Shown in pieces: positions 9,063 to 18,627 of a stretch of DNA of 64,000 bases. The notes under the pieces are model-generated. The model had not been told where the DNA came from. It made no database searches and was given only the letters and a program-made list of their open reading frames with translations. The stretch is from a virus. Within the stretch, counting starts at the first letter, position 1. Each line of letters opens with the position of its first letter. The stretch is from the IMG/VR virus record IMGVR_UViG_3300049049_000237, positions 80,003 through 144,002 of that record. One strand, given 5' to 3'. Position numbers and translations under genes: made by a program.

Positions 9063-10397
9063 TCAGCACTTCACCTTGCGCGTGTGTGCGCGGACCTGCA
9101 CCGGCCCGCCCGACTTCATCTTCTTGACGTACTCCTTCGCCGCCGTCTTGAGGGCGGAGAACGGGAGCTGGTGGAGGTGGTCGAGCATCGATGCCGACGC
9201 CGTCACGGGCTTGCCCGCCTGGATGGCGCCCTTGAGCGCCTGCGAGTGCTGCGCGTACTGCATCACCTCGGCCGGGTTGATCGCCACGGTCGGGCGGGCC
9301 TTCCGCGCGAGCCCGCCGACCGCACTCGCGAGGTTCGCCTGCTTCTCCGCGGGCTCCGCGCCCTGCGCATGGGCCTGACGTGCCGCACCGCGCACGTGTT
9401 CGAGGGCGAGCCCGCGCTTGCCCGCCTTGGGCGACTCGCGGGTCGCACCGGAGAGCGCGCCCATGAGCCCACCACCCACGCCGCTCGCGAGGGCCATCTG
9501 TCCGACGCCCAGCCGCGCCGGGTTGCCCTGACGGGCCATCAGGATGTTGGCGAGCAGCGCACCAGCCGCGCCTCCCGCAGCGCCGCCCACCGCACCGAGA
9601 CCGCCGTGGTGCACCGCGCGCTCGCCACGACCCATCGTCTCCCACTGACGCTGCGCCGCGTACTCCTGCGCTGCGTCGTCCTGGAAGCCCGCCTGCTTGT
9701 TCGCCGCGATCTGTTCGAGCGCGGACGCCATGCGCTCCTGGCGCTGGTTGCTGTTGTGGACCTGCATCCCGACGCCCGCGCCGCCGATGCCGAGAGCTGC
9801 GAGCATCGCCGGGTTCGTGCGCGCACGATCGAGGATCGCGCCGAACTCGCCCGCTGCACCACGGACGAAGCCAGCACCACCGTGCTCACCTGCCGCTTCG
9901 AGCCCCTCGCCAATGAGGCCCGCGAGCTTCGGCTCCGCTGCGGGTGCCTCGGCGGGAGGCGCTGCGGCCGCGGCCTGCGCCGCCTGAACCGCGGGATCGG
10001 GCGTGCCGATCTCGGCCTGCCCCGGAGGCGTCGGGGCGCCGACGCCCATCGTCTTCATCTTGGCGAGCTCCAGCACGAGCTGCTTTTTCTGGAGGTCGAG
10101 CGCCTCGCACTCGGTCCACTCCTTCGAGTGGTCCATCAGTGCGTCCTGCGCCTGGCGCTGCATGCGCTGCTGGAGGTGGCGCTGCTTCATCGCCAGCTCC
10201 TGCTCCATCAGCGCGATCGCCTGAGGAGCGAGCGGCGACCCCTCGAACTGCGCGAGGAAGTTCTCGTCGGTGCACGCCTGGACGGCCGCGTTGATGTACG
10301 CGCGCTTCTCCAGCAGCGTGAGCTCGGGCTCCTCCGCCGGGACGGGCGACGTCGGCTTGTTCCAGTTGTCGATGAGGAACTGGCTGAGCTTGTCCAT
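9063..10397 (-). CDS. Putative internal head protein (coiled coil plus glycine zippers)
   Basis: TGATG coupling to the upstream gene; KxA-delimited Gly/Ala-rich segments. Confidence 0.7.
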   Translation of the reverse strand: MDKLSQFLIDNWNKPTSPVPAEEPELTLLEKRAYINAAVQACTDENFLAQFEGSPLAPQAIALMEQELAMKQRHLQQRMQRQAQDALMDHSKEWTECEALDLQKKQLVLELAKMKTMGVGAPTPPGQAEIGTPDPAVQAAQAAAAAPPAEAPAAEPKLAGLIGEGLEAAGEHGGAGFVRGAAGEFGAILDRARTNPAMLAALGIGGAGVGMQVHNSNQRQERMASALEQIAANKQAGFQDDAAQEYAAQRQWETMGRGERAVHHGGLGAVGGAAGGAAGALLANILMARQGNPARLGVGQMALASGVGGGLMGALSGATRESPKAGKRGLALEHVRGAARQAHAQGAEPAEKQANLASAVGGLARKARPTVAINPAEVMQYAQHSQALKGAIQAGKPVTASASMLDHLHQLPFSALKTAAKEYVKKMKSGGPVQVRAHTRKVKC

Positions 10398-12481
10398 CAC
10401 TCCCACTCCTGCGTCGGCTGCTGGGGGTTCGACATCATCTTGCTGCCCACGAGAGCCGCTCCCGCGCCCGCGGCGAACCCGGGCAGGTGAGGGCGGATGC
10501 GCGCACCGAGCGTCGAGAACTGCTGCTTCGCGGCTGCGACGCCCTGGTTCACGAGCGCATCTGCGGCCTCCGAGGAGCCCGCCGGTGCAGCAGCCGTCAC
10601 GACCTGCTTCGGGGCCGAGACGAGAGAGCGCAGGGCGGTGCCCAGCGTGTCGTCGCCGCCCTGCATGATCATCTCGCGCATGCGGCGATCCGCAGGGCTC
10701 GCGACCTTCGACTGACTCTTCGCGTGGTGCGCGAGGGCCGCTCCGACGCCGAGGGCGCCGATGCCGAGACCGCCGAGCGCGGCCGGCATCGCTGCCGGGT
10801 GCTGAGCGACCCCCCGGAGCTTCGAGAGCACTCCTCCCGCAGCTCCGGGCACCGAGGTGAGTCCGGCAGCGGGAGGTGCCGACGCCATGACCTGGGCGAG
10901 CGGCTTCCCACCGCGCGAGCGAGGAGCGATCGTTGCCATCGTCTGCGACGTCTTCACGGTGACGGAGGTGCCATCGCCCTTGCCGCCACCGCCGGACGCT
11001 CCACCACCCTCGGCCTTCGCCTGATCCTTCTGTGCCGACTGCTCCGCTTCCGCGGCCTGTTCGTCGGCGTGCTGCTGCGCGTTCTGCGCTTCCTGCGACT
11101 GCTGCTGCGACTCGGCCGACTGGGGCTGCTCGCCCATCATCGCCGCCTGCTCCGCCTGCGCCTGCTGCATCGGCGTCGCCGGCTGACCCTGCGCTGCGAG
11201 GTCCGACACGGTCGCCGCGGACTCCGAGACGGGGTCCTGCATCACGAGGTTGGCGAGCTCCTGACGGAGCTGGTTCATGCGCATGCCGAGCTGCATCTTG
11301 CTGATGCTGTGCTCCGCTGCGCGAGCCTCGGCTTCCGCAGCCTGCTGCTGCGACTGCATCGCCTGCGCCGAGGCCTGCTGAGCAGCCGCCGTCTGCTGTT
11401 CGAGGTTGGCCTGAAGCTCCTGCGCCTGCTGCTGCGCGGCCTGCGCCTCGGCCTGCGCCTGCTGTGCCGCCTGCGTGGCCTGCATCGCGATCGTCTTCGC
11501 GTGCGCCGCCTCCGCCACCGCCGCATGCGAGTCGAGCTCCTGCTCGCGCTGCATGTACGACTCCGCCGTCTCCTGCGCGGGCGGGGGCAGCACGAAGTTC
11601 GCGCGCTTCGCACGCACGAATGCGAGGGCCGCGGTCTTCGTGTCGACCGGACCGAGCGCACCCTTCAGGCGAGAGATCTCGCTCTTGTTGTTGTTCTTCA
11701 CCGCGATCGCGAGCTCGGCGAGCATGCGATCACGGTCGGCCGCCAGCTTGCGCTGCTGCACGATGCGCATCGCTGCTGCGAGCTTCGGCTCCGCCGTCTC
11801 CTGCGGGGCCGTCGTCTCGACCTTCACCTGCGTCTTCGCCGGCTCGGGCTTCGGCTCCTGCGGCTGCTGCGACTGCCCCTGCGCCTGCTCGGGCACCAGC
11901 GCCGTCGGACCCGGCTGCTCGACGAGCTGCCAGAGCTCGTCCTGGTGCTCTTCCTCGCGACGAAGGAAGTCCTCGATCGTGTGCTTCATGGGGTTGTCGC
12001 CCATGACCGCGAGGAGCTGCTTCCACAGCGACAGCCCCATCTGCTCGACGACGATCATCGTCTGGACGATCTCGTTCGCGTCCGAGAGCGGCTCGGGCGG
12101 CGGGTAGCTGGGGATCGGCACCCCGCCCGGCGAGAGCACACCGATGCGGCGCAGCAAGTACTGCGCGTGTTCGAGCTCGTGCTGGGCGTGGTGGAGGAAC
12201 TCCTCCGCGATCGCGTGGTGCGAAAGGCCGCGGAGCATGTTCGCGTAGTAGACGTAGTAGACCTGCGTCTTGAACTCGTTCGCGACCATGTGGGCCATGA
12301 GCTGCACGGCCTGGTCGAGCGGCACCGCGAACGGCCCTTCGACCTGACCGCTGGTGTCCGGCTGCGCGCCGAGCTCCTCGGCCATCTTCTTCATGCCGAC
12401 GAAGAAGGCTGCACCCTCGTCGAACCGGATGGGGTTCGCCGGCCGTGCGATGTCCATGATGATGTTTTCGAGGGTGCCCAT
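10397..12481 (-). CDS. Virion-module protein with a ferritin-like domain, Gln/Ala coiled coil and Gly-rich segments
   Basis: E...ELEH...E...EEEH di-iron pattern at about aa 55-188. Confidence 0.75.
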   Translation of the reverse strand: MGTLENIIMDIARPANPIRFDEGAAFFVGMKKMAEELGAQPDTSGQVEGPFAVPLDQAVQLMAHMVANEFKTQVYYVYYANMLRGLSHHAIAEEFLHHAQHELEHAQYLLRRIGVLSPGGVPIPSYPPPEPLSDANEIVQTMIVVEQMGLSLWKQLLAVMGDNPMKHTIEDFLRREEEHQDELWQLVEQPGPTALVPEQAQGQSQQPQEPKPEPAKTQVKVETTAPQETAEPKLAAAMRIVQQRKLAADRDRMLAELAIAVKNNNKSEISRLKGALGPVDTKTAALAFVRAKRANFVLPPPAQETAESYMQREQELDSHAAVAEAAHAKTIAMQATQAAQQAQAEAQAAQQQAQELQANLEQQTAAAQQASAQAMQSQQQAAEAEARAAEHSISKMQLGMRMNQLRQELANLVMQDPVSESAATVSDLAAQGQPATPMQQAQAEQAAMMGEQPQSAESQQQSQEAQNAQQHADEQAAEAEQSAQKDQAKAEGGGASGGGGKGDGTSVTVKTSQTMATIAPRSRGGKPLAQVMASAPPAAGLTSVPGAAGGVLSKLRGVAQHPAAMPAALGGLGIGALGVGAALAHHAKSQSKVASPADRRMREMIMQGGDDTLGTALRSLVSAPKQVVTAAAPAGSSEAADALVNQGVAAAKQQFSTLGARIRPHLPGFAAGAGAALVGSKMMSNPQQPTQEWE

Positions 12482-12490
12482 GACGACCTC

Positions 12491-12976
12491 TCAGACGTTG
12501 ATGAAGGCCACGTACTGGCGGCTGAGGCTCTCGCAGACGACCGACACGATGTCCGTCGGAGCGACCGCCACCTGGGTGAGCTGCGGGTCTGCCGCGGTCG
12601 TCGCGAAGCCGAGGTAGGCGTTCGCCGTGCCCGTGTGCAGGAGCACGACCGGAGTCGCGTCGTCCCAGAGGGCGAGGACCATCTGCCCGTTCGGCCCGAT
12701 CTTGTAGAGTCGGGCGACGTTCGGACCGAGCGCCGCGTTGATCTCGTCGACGATCTGCTTGGCCGTCAGGTTGTCCGAGAACGTCACCGTGCCGACCGGC
12801 GTGGTGAAGTTCAAGGTGAGCCCCGCGACGGGGTGCTTGTACATGGCGTTCGGCGCAGCCGACGGGTTCGGACGCGTGTCCTTGCCCACGATCAGGTTGC
12901 GCTTGCCGAGCACCATGCCGTTGAGACGGCGAGCGAGCTCCTCCGGAGTGTCCGCCTTGATGACCGCGTAGCTCAT
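12491..12976 (-). CDS. Hypothetical structural protein
   Basis: ORF in the head/neck operon; beta-rich. Confidence 0.7.
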   Translation of the reverse strand: MSYAVIKADTPEELARRLNGMVLGKRNLIVGKDTRPNPSAAPNAMYKHPVAGLTLNFTTPVGTVTFSDNLTAKQIVDEINAALGPNVARLYKIGPNGQMVLALWDDATPVVLLHTGTANAYLGFATTAADPQLTQVAVAPTDIVSVVCESLSRQYVAFINV

Positions 12977-12980
12977 GTGC

Positions 12981-13490
12981 TCACCACATCCCCAGGTTCG
13001 AGAGGCCGAAGTAGTCCGAGTGCACGCCGCTCGGGCCCTGATCGAGGAGCTGCTCCACGTTCAGAGCGGTCTTCACCATCCGCTTGTTCTGCTCGTATGC
13101 GCTCTGGAAGAGCTGGAGCATCGACTGGATGATCGGCGCCTTGTCGTTGATGTTGACGCTGATGCCACCATCGCTGAAGGGCAGGTGGTTGCGTGCGTGG
13201 AGGATCATGACGCTCTGCATCAGCGTGATGACCGTACCACGCACACACAGGTTCTGGAGATTGCGGGAGAAGAGCTCTTCGAGCGAGTAGCCGGTGAACG
13301 GGGGCGTCCCGTTGAAGTCCGAGAGGAAGTCCTGGGTCGCCCACACGATCATCCGATCCGAGCTCTCCTCACCACGAATCAGCAGGTTGATCTCGGCGAA
13401 GTCGCGCATGAACAGCCGCACGGCCTCGCAGTGTCCACGGAGGACCTGACGAGGGTCGTACGGCTGCCCCAGGCTCGGAGCGAACGGCAT
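12981..13490 (-). CDS. Putative head-tail adaptor
   Basis: VRLFMRD...NLL, DFNGTPP and FSDGGISV pattern; position downstream of the capsid gene. Confidence 0.55.
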   Translation of the reverse strand: MPFAPSLGQPYDPRQVLRGHCEAVRLFMRDFAEINLLIRGEESSDRMIVWATQDFLSDFNGTPPFTGYSLEELFSRNLQNLCVRGTVITLMQSVMILHARNHLPFSDGGISVNINDKAPIIQSMLQLFQSAYEQNKRMVKTALNVEQLLDQGPSGVHSDYFGLSNLGMW

Positions 13491-13493
13491 GGC

Positions 13494-14378
13494 TCAGCCC
13501 TTCACCCAAGCGTCGAGCGACGCGATGAGCGAGCCCTTGTCGGTCTTCGAGGGCATCTCCGCACCGACCGACTTGATGAGCTCCGCGAGCTTCTTGTTGC
13601 TCAGGTCCTTCCAGCCGTCGGGCAGCGTGCGCGCCGCCGGGGCGGGCTCCGCTTCCTTCAGCTCGGTCGGCTCGGGCGTCGGCTGCTCGACGACGTCGGG
13701 CGACACCTCGGCGGGCGCCGTCGCGTCCTTCAGCTCCTCCACCTTCGGCTCCTCGGGGACGGGAGCGGGCTCGGCCGGTGCCGCCTCCTGCTCCGCCACG
13801 GGCTCGTCGGCCGGGGCGGGCTCGGTCTCGACCTTGCGCTGGTCGACCTGCTCCGGCTGCTGCGTACGGATCTTCTCGGACGCCGCCGAGAACAGCGCAT
13901 CGAGGGCCTGCGTCTGCTCTTCGTCGAACGTGACGCCGAGGCTCGTGGCGTGCGCGATCGCCGAGCTCGCCGAAGCGATCTGCTCCGCCTCGACGAGGCG
14001 GACGACGAGCCAGTACCACGCCTGGCTGTCCTGCTGGTGATCGCGGGTGAACGCGTGCAGCGCAGCGAGGTCCATGCCCTCGTAGTTCACGACCTCGGGG
14101 GTGCCCCGGATCGCGCTGAACAGCTTCTGGAGGTCGCCGAGGGCGAGGAGACGGTCGTTGCCCAGGTACACCTGGACCGTGCCTGCCTGCACCTTCTCGA
14201 TGACCTGGCGCTCGTAGCCGGCGAGCTGCTCGGCGGTGAGCGGACCGTAGCTCTTCCCGGGCCGCACGATGAACGGGCCGACGCGGGGCGTGATCTCGCG
14301 GGGGAAGGTCCGTCGGCGCACGCTGCGGGTCGAAGCGTCGCGTCCGGAGCCGTAGAGGAAGTAGTTCTTGTCGGACAT
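13494..14378 (-). CDS. Hypothetical protein with Pro/Glu linker and C-terminal HeH/Rho-N-like helical motif
   Basis: AGGAG RBS; C-terminus DLSNKKLAELIKSVG...KTDKGSLIASL. Confidence 0.7.
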   Translation of the reverse strand: MSDKNYFLYGSGRDASTRSVRRRTFPREITPRVGPFIVRPGKSYGPLTAEQLAGYERQVIEKVQAGTVQVYLGNDRLLALGDLQKLFSAIRGTPEVVNYEGMDLAALHAFTRDHQQDSQAWYWLVVRLVEAEQIASASSAIAHATSLGVTFDEEQTQALDALFSAASEKIRTQQPEQVDQRKVETEPAPADEPVAEQEAAPAEPAPVPEEPKVEELKDATAPAEVSPDVVEQPTPEPTELKEAEPAPAARTLPDGWKDLSNKKLAELIKSVGAEMPSKTDKGSLIASLDAWVKG

Positions 14379-14411
14379 CGTCGGTGCTCTCCTGTTGCTG
14401 GTCCTCGAAGC

Positions 14412-14479
14412 ACGACGGGCCGGAAGGCCGTTGCCAGCCAACCGGCCCGTCGCCGTTCCACTGTCCCGCGACGGGACAG
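14412..14479 (-). terminator. Tandem hairpins after the major capsid gene
   Basis: CTGTCCCG/CGGGACAG and CGACGGGCCGG/CCGGCCCGTCG stems. Confidence 0.5.
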
Positions 14480-14487
14480 ACGCTCGA

Positions 14488-15600
14488 TCAGAAGGTCACG
14501 ACCTGCGGGTAGAACTCGCGCTCCGCCGCACGGTTGTTCACCGCGCCCAGGTCGTCCTCGCTCTTCGGCGTGACGTCCGACTGGATCGAGTCGGTGTCGA
14601 GGCTCGTCGCGTCGCCGGAGTAGAGCTCCAGCTTGCGGACCGACGCGATGTTCACGAGCGACATCCCGACGTCCTTCCACGCGACGAACTTGATCAGGTT
14701 GATCACCTTGTCGATGTAGAACTTGACGTTGTTCAGGATGTAGAAGCGCCCGAGGAACTCGGGCGACGTGTACGCGTACACGTTGCCCGGACGGAGGATG
14801 TCCGTCTTGATGGTGCGCACGACCTTCTTGCCGAGCAGCGTGTTGTGCTGCCAGCCCGAGACGGTCGTCTCGCTCTGCACCTTCGAGCCGTTGTCCTCGA
14901 TCGTCCACTGGAGGACGTTGTTGAGGTCGGTCGCCGTCATCAGCAGGAGCTCGCACTCCAGCCGGTTGCCGTCGAGCAGGCTCATCAGGTTGACGATGTC
15001 GGGGCGCTGGACCGGCCAGACCTTCCCGTCGTTGTTCGTGTCGACGCGGGCGAGCTCGCCCTTGATGACCGAGAACTCGACCACGGTGCCCGCCGAGATG
15101 GTGGTCTCGTGGAGCGCGGTCGTCGTCCCGCCGTTCGCTTCCTTCTGGAGGGCCTGCACCGCGGCCTCCGAGTGGATCATGAACTGGCGGTCCTGGATCT
15201 CGCCGATGTCCTTGACCGAGTTCTGCTCGATCACCTTCCCGATGGGGTACGGGTAGGCGAGGAACTCCTGCTCGGGCTTCTGGTACATCTCGCTCATGAT
15301 CGTGATGAACGGGACCTCGACCCGCTCACCACGGATGAGCTTCGCCGTCGGCTCGCCGCGGAAGGTCACGACCATCGCGCGCGAGCGGGGCTCCAGGTGC
15401 TCGATCTTCACGAGCGAGTCGTGATTGACCGAGATCTGGCAGTCCGCGCGCGTCACGGTCTGCGGGGGAAGGACCTTCTCCACGAAGCTGGCTTCGCGCA
15501 GGCGGTCCTTGATGTAGCCCCCGAACTCCGCGGCGATCTTCGTCTTCGCCGACGGGTCCGAGAGCTGCTGGATGAAGAGCTCCTTGGGATCGGACATCAT
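14488..15600 (-). CDS. Major capsid protein (HK97 fold inferred)
   Basis: 370 aa after scaffold-like and decoration-like genes; IKDRLREASFVEKVLPP, EQNSVKDIGEIQDRQF; strong codon bias; AGGAG RBS. Confidence 0.8.
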   Translation of the reverse strand: MMSDPKELFIQQLSDPSAKTKIAAEFGGYIKDRLREASFVEKVLPPQTVTRADCQISVNHDSLVKIEHLEPRSRAMVVTFRGEPTAKLIRGERVEVPFITIMSEMYQKPEQEFLAYPYPIGKVIEQNSVKDIGEIQDRQFMIHSEAAVQALQKEANGGTTTALHETTISAGTVVEFSVIKGELARVDTNNDGKVWPVQRPDIVNLMSLLDGNRLECELLLMTATDLNNVLQWTIEDNGSKVQSETTVSGWQHNTLLGKKVVRTIKTDILRPGNVYAYTSPEFLGRFYILNNVKFYIDKVINLIKFVAWKDVGMSLVNIASVRKLELYSGDATSLDTDSIQSDVTPKSEDDLGAVNNRAAEREFYPQVVTF

Positions 15601-15650
15601 GTCTGGTGTCTCCTGATCGAGTGAGGCTGTGCCGTCTGTCCCGAGGAGGA

Positions 15651-16121
15651 TCAGAACGCCGTGGCGACGAAGCGCAGGCGACCACCATTGATCGCCGGGA
15701 GCTTGGTCACGTAGCCGATGACGAGGTTGGACGCGGTGCGGAGCAGCAGGCCGCGACGCGTGCCGCCACCGACGGTGACGTCACCCTGCATCAGGCGGCT
15801 GTGCAGCGCGAGACCGGTGCTGTCGAACACGATCGTGTCCGCCTCGTAGGGGCCGCCCTTGACGACCGCCGCCTTGCCGGAGGCCTGGACCTCCAGCGCG
15901 CCGCGCCACTCCAGGTAGGCGTAGGCGGGGACGTCGTTCGAGGTCGGACGGATCAGCTTGTACTCGCTGTTCTCCGTCACGAACTCGCCGTCGATGAGCG
16001 GCACCTTGCCGCTCACGTTCGGGTTGAGCAGGTCCTTGTCCGCGACCTCCTGGGTCGCACGGATCAGGTGCTCCCACGAGGTGGGGCGAACGATCTCGAA
16101 GCGCTTGTCGTACGTGGCCAT
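15651..16121 (-). CDS. Putative head decoration/minor capsid protein
   Basis: 156-aa beta-rich protein immediately upstream of the capsid gene; AGGAG RBS. Confidence 0.55.
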   Translation of the reverse strand: MATYDKRFEIVRPTSWEHLIRATQEVADKDLLNPNVSGKVPLIDGEFVTENSEYKLIRPTSNDVPAYAYLEWRGALEVQASGKAAVVKGGPYEADTIVFDSTGLALHSRLMQGDVTVGGGTRRGLLLRTASNLVIGYVTKLPAINGGRLRFVATAF

Positions 16122-16157
16122 GAGAGGTGTCTCCTGTCTGGTTCCTCGGTGGGGTGA

Positions 16158-16574
16158 TCAGCCGTGCGCCTGACCGCTCACGATGAAGCTGTCGAGACGC
16201 GCGTAGTGCGCCGAGGAACCGAGCTCCCCGGGCGGCAGGTTCTGGGACGGCATCGAGGAGAGCTCCTCGTTGGTCTCGCGGAGCGACGCGAGCTTGAACC
16301 CACCGGGCACCAGCTCGACCGCCGCTTCGATCGCGGCGAGCTTCTCGTCGGGGAGGGACGAGAGGCTGGCGACCTTCTCGGACAGCGAGAGGTTCTCTTC
16401 GAGCCCCCGCTCGTCCATGCGCATCGCGAGCTTGTGCACGCGGAGCGTGTGTTCGAGCGTCGCGACCTTGTCGCTGAGCTCGACGTTGTCCTCCGCGAGC
16501 TTGCGCATCTCGCGCGCAGCCTCGTGGAGGATGGCGGGGGCGTCCGCCGCGATCTTCTCGATGTTCGACGACAT
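16158..16574 (-). CDS. Scaffold-like coiled-coil protein
   Basis: Seven KxA sites in 138 aa; AGGAGG RBS. Confidence 0.65.
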   Translation of the reverse strand: MSSNIEKIAADAPAILHEAAREMRKLAEDNVELSDKVATLEHTLRVHKLAMRMDERGLEENLSLSEKVASLSSLPDEKLAAIEAAVELVPGGFKLASLRETNEELSSMPSQNLPPGELGSSAHYARLDSFIVSGQAHG

Positions 16575-16586
16575 CCGCTTCCTCCT

Positions 16587-17474
16587 TCAGGCCGCCGAAG
16601 CGGTCTTCTTGGCCTGCGCCTTCGCCGCGATCTTCTCGCGGACCGACGCGATCTTCGAGCCGGTGGTCGTCTGGACGTTGTCCGAGACGCCCTTGTCGCT
16701 CCGCGCACTGAAGGCGGGCTCGGTCACGTGCTTCGCGATCTCCGACTTCTCGCGCGCCTTGCCGTCGCGCTTCGTCATCGAGATCATGCCGTTGTTGTCG
16801 CGAGCGACACCGCCCGGCGCACCGGCCGACGGGTTCGACGCGAACGACTCGACGGTCTTCGGGCTCGCCGTGGGCGTGCGGGTGGAGCCGTCCTCCTCCT
16901 CGTACGCCTTCTTGGCCTGCTCGAACTCGGCCTTCGCCGCCTCGGCGAGGGCCTGGGCCTCCTTCGCGCGACCCGCCGCCGTGAGCGCTTCCGCCTGCGC
17001 GATCTTCGCGAGCAGGATCTGCTCGGCGACCTCGCGGGTCAGCGCCGCTCCCTTGACCGTGGTCGAGGTGGCGTTCTGGGTCTTGTTGGTCTGGAGGTGC
17101 ATGCCCGAGCTCGGGCCACCGCCGCTCGACGCCTCGTGGTGCGAGAGCGTCGTCGCCTTGGTGTTCGTGTCCTTCGTCGCGCCCATCTGCTGCGACGAGG
17201 TGATGGCCGGGCCGGCGCGATCCTGCGGACCCGCCGCGATCTTCGGCATCAGCATGCCGAGGTTGTCGAGCGCCGACGCGATCTCCATCGCGCGGGCCGC
17301 GGTCTTCGTGATGCCCGCACGCTTCTCCGTCGCGGGGACGGGCGTGGGCGTCGGGGCCGCCGAGGCGGTCTTCGTCTTCGTCTCCGGGACCTCCGGAGCC
17401 GCGTCACCCGCCGCTGCGATCTTCGCGTCGGCGTCGGTCAGGGCGTTGCGCACCAGCTCGCTGAGCTTGCTCAT
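16587..17474 (-). CDS. Scaffold/internal head protein
   Basis: Ala/Lys/Thr-rich with many KTA/KIA sites. Confidence 0.7.
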   Translation of the reverse strand: MSKLSELVRNALTDADAKIAAAGDAAPEVPETKTKTASAAPTPTPVPATEKRAGITKTAARAMEIASALDNLGMLMPKIAAGPQDRAGPAITSSQQMGATKDTNTKATTLSHHEASSGGGPSSGMHLQTNKTQNATSTTVKGAALTREVAEQILLAKIAQAEALTAAGRAKEAQALAEAAKAEFEQAKKAYEEEDGSTRTPTASPKTVESFASNPSAGAPGGVARDNNGMISMTKRDGKAREKSEIAKHVTEPAFSARSDKGVSDNVQTTTGSKIASVREKIAAKAQAKKTASAA

Positions 17475-17481
17475 GTGTTCC

Positions 17482-17700
17482 TCACTGCACCGGAGGGGGA
17501 GGTGCCTTCTGGATCGGGTTGGGGACCGGAGATGCCTGCGTCGGGTTCGGAGTCGCGATCGTGGGCGGCTTCGGCGCCGACGACGTGAGCCTCTTCATGG
17601 CGTCACCCGCCCCGTCAGCACGCCGAGCAGCAACCGGCGACGGCATCACAGCCGCTGCCAGCTTGTTGAACTCGGCGAACATGTCGGGGCGGGACTTCAT
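17482..17700 (-). CDS. Small Pro-rich protein
   Basis: Fills the operon gap; EFNKLA motif. Confidence 0.55.
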   Translation of the reverse strand: MKSRPDMFAEFNKLAAAVMPSPVAARRADGAGDAMKRLTSSAPKPPTIATPNPTQASPVPNPIQKAPPPPVQ

Positions 17701-17720
17701 GTCGATGGCTCAGGCGGTCC

Positions 17721-18557
17721 TCAGACCCAGCCCTTCGCCTTGAGGACGGCGAGCGCCGCCTGGTCGATCTCGCTCTGGTCCGCCGCGGCGAGCTTCTCGC
17801 CCGTCGTGGGATCGATGCCCTGCGAGAGCAGGTGCGCCTGGACGCGAGCCGTGATGAGCGAGGCCTTCTTCTCGGCCTCCTCCTTCTTCTTCTCGTCGTC
17901 CTTGTCCTTGCCCTCGTCGTCCTTGCCCTCGCCCTTGCCCTTCACGTGGGCGGCGAACGCCGGGGGCATCTCGCCCGCCTGCTTGGCGCGGAGCGCGGCG
18001 ACGAACGCCGCCTTCTTCTCCTGCTTCTCCTTCTCCTCGTCCTTCGGCTGCTCCTCGCCCGCGGTCTTCGCGGCGATCTTCGCGAGCTCGTCGACGTACG
18101 AGTGCGCCATCACGCGGCCGAGCATGTCGGCCTCGGCGATCTTCTCGTTGAGCGCCGCGACCTTCGCCTGGTAGGCGGGGTCGCTCATCAGCGACGCCTG
18201 CTTCACGACGGCCTCGTGGAGCTCCTTCGGGTCGACCGTCTTGACGTCGACGCCCGCCGCCTCCGCCTGCTTCGTGACCTCCTGGAAGGCCTGCGCGTAG
18301 AGGACCGGGTCCGACGCGAGCTTGGTCTCGATCGACGGCGCCGCCGCCGGGGGCGCTGCGACCGGAGCCGCGGGGGCGGGGGTCTCGACCGACGCGGTCT
18401 TCGGCTCGATCGCCGGGCCCGCGCCGCCGTCCATGATCTGCGTGAGGATGTCGGCCGCTTCGTCGTCCGAGAAGTCCTCGATGCTGAGGCCCTGCTCGTT
18501 CGCGAGCTTCTCGAACATCTCCCCTGCGCTGGCCAGCTTCTGCTCGAAATCGCTCAT
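17721..18557 (-). CDS. Scaffold-like protein
   Basis: Acidic and helical, more than ten KxA sites, AGGAG RBS; follows the protease. Confidence 0.7.
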   Translation of the reverse strand: MSDFEQKLASAGEMFEKLANEQGLSIEDFSDDEAADILTQIMDGGAGPAIEPKTASVETPAPAAPVAAPPAAAPSIETKLASDPVLYAQAFQEVTKQAEAAGVDVKTVDPKELHEAVVKQASLMSDPAYQAKVAALNEKIAEADMLGRVMAHSYVDELAKIAAKTAGEEQPKDEEKEKQEKKAAFVAALRAKQAGEMPPAFAAHVKGKGEGKDDEGKDKDDEKKKEEAEKKASLITARVQAHLLSQGIDPTTGEKLAAADQSEIDQAALAVLKAKGWV

Positions 18558-18627
18558 GTTGATCTCCTGTGAATCGGTGTCGCCCGATCGTCGGTGGCCG
18601 CGCGGAGCAGCCTCAGAAAGGGTGGTT

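Noticed and set aside
11030-11480. CTG/GCC-rich tandem-like repeats
   Set aside because: Explained by Gln/Ala coiled-coil coding, not a DNA repeat element
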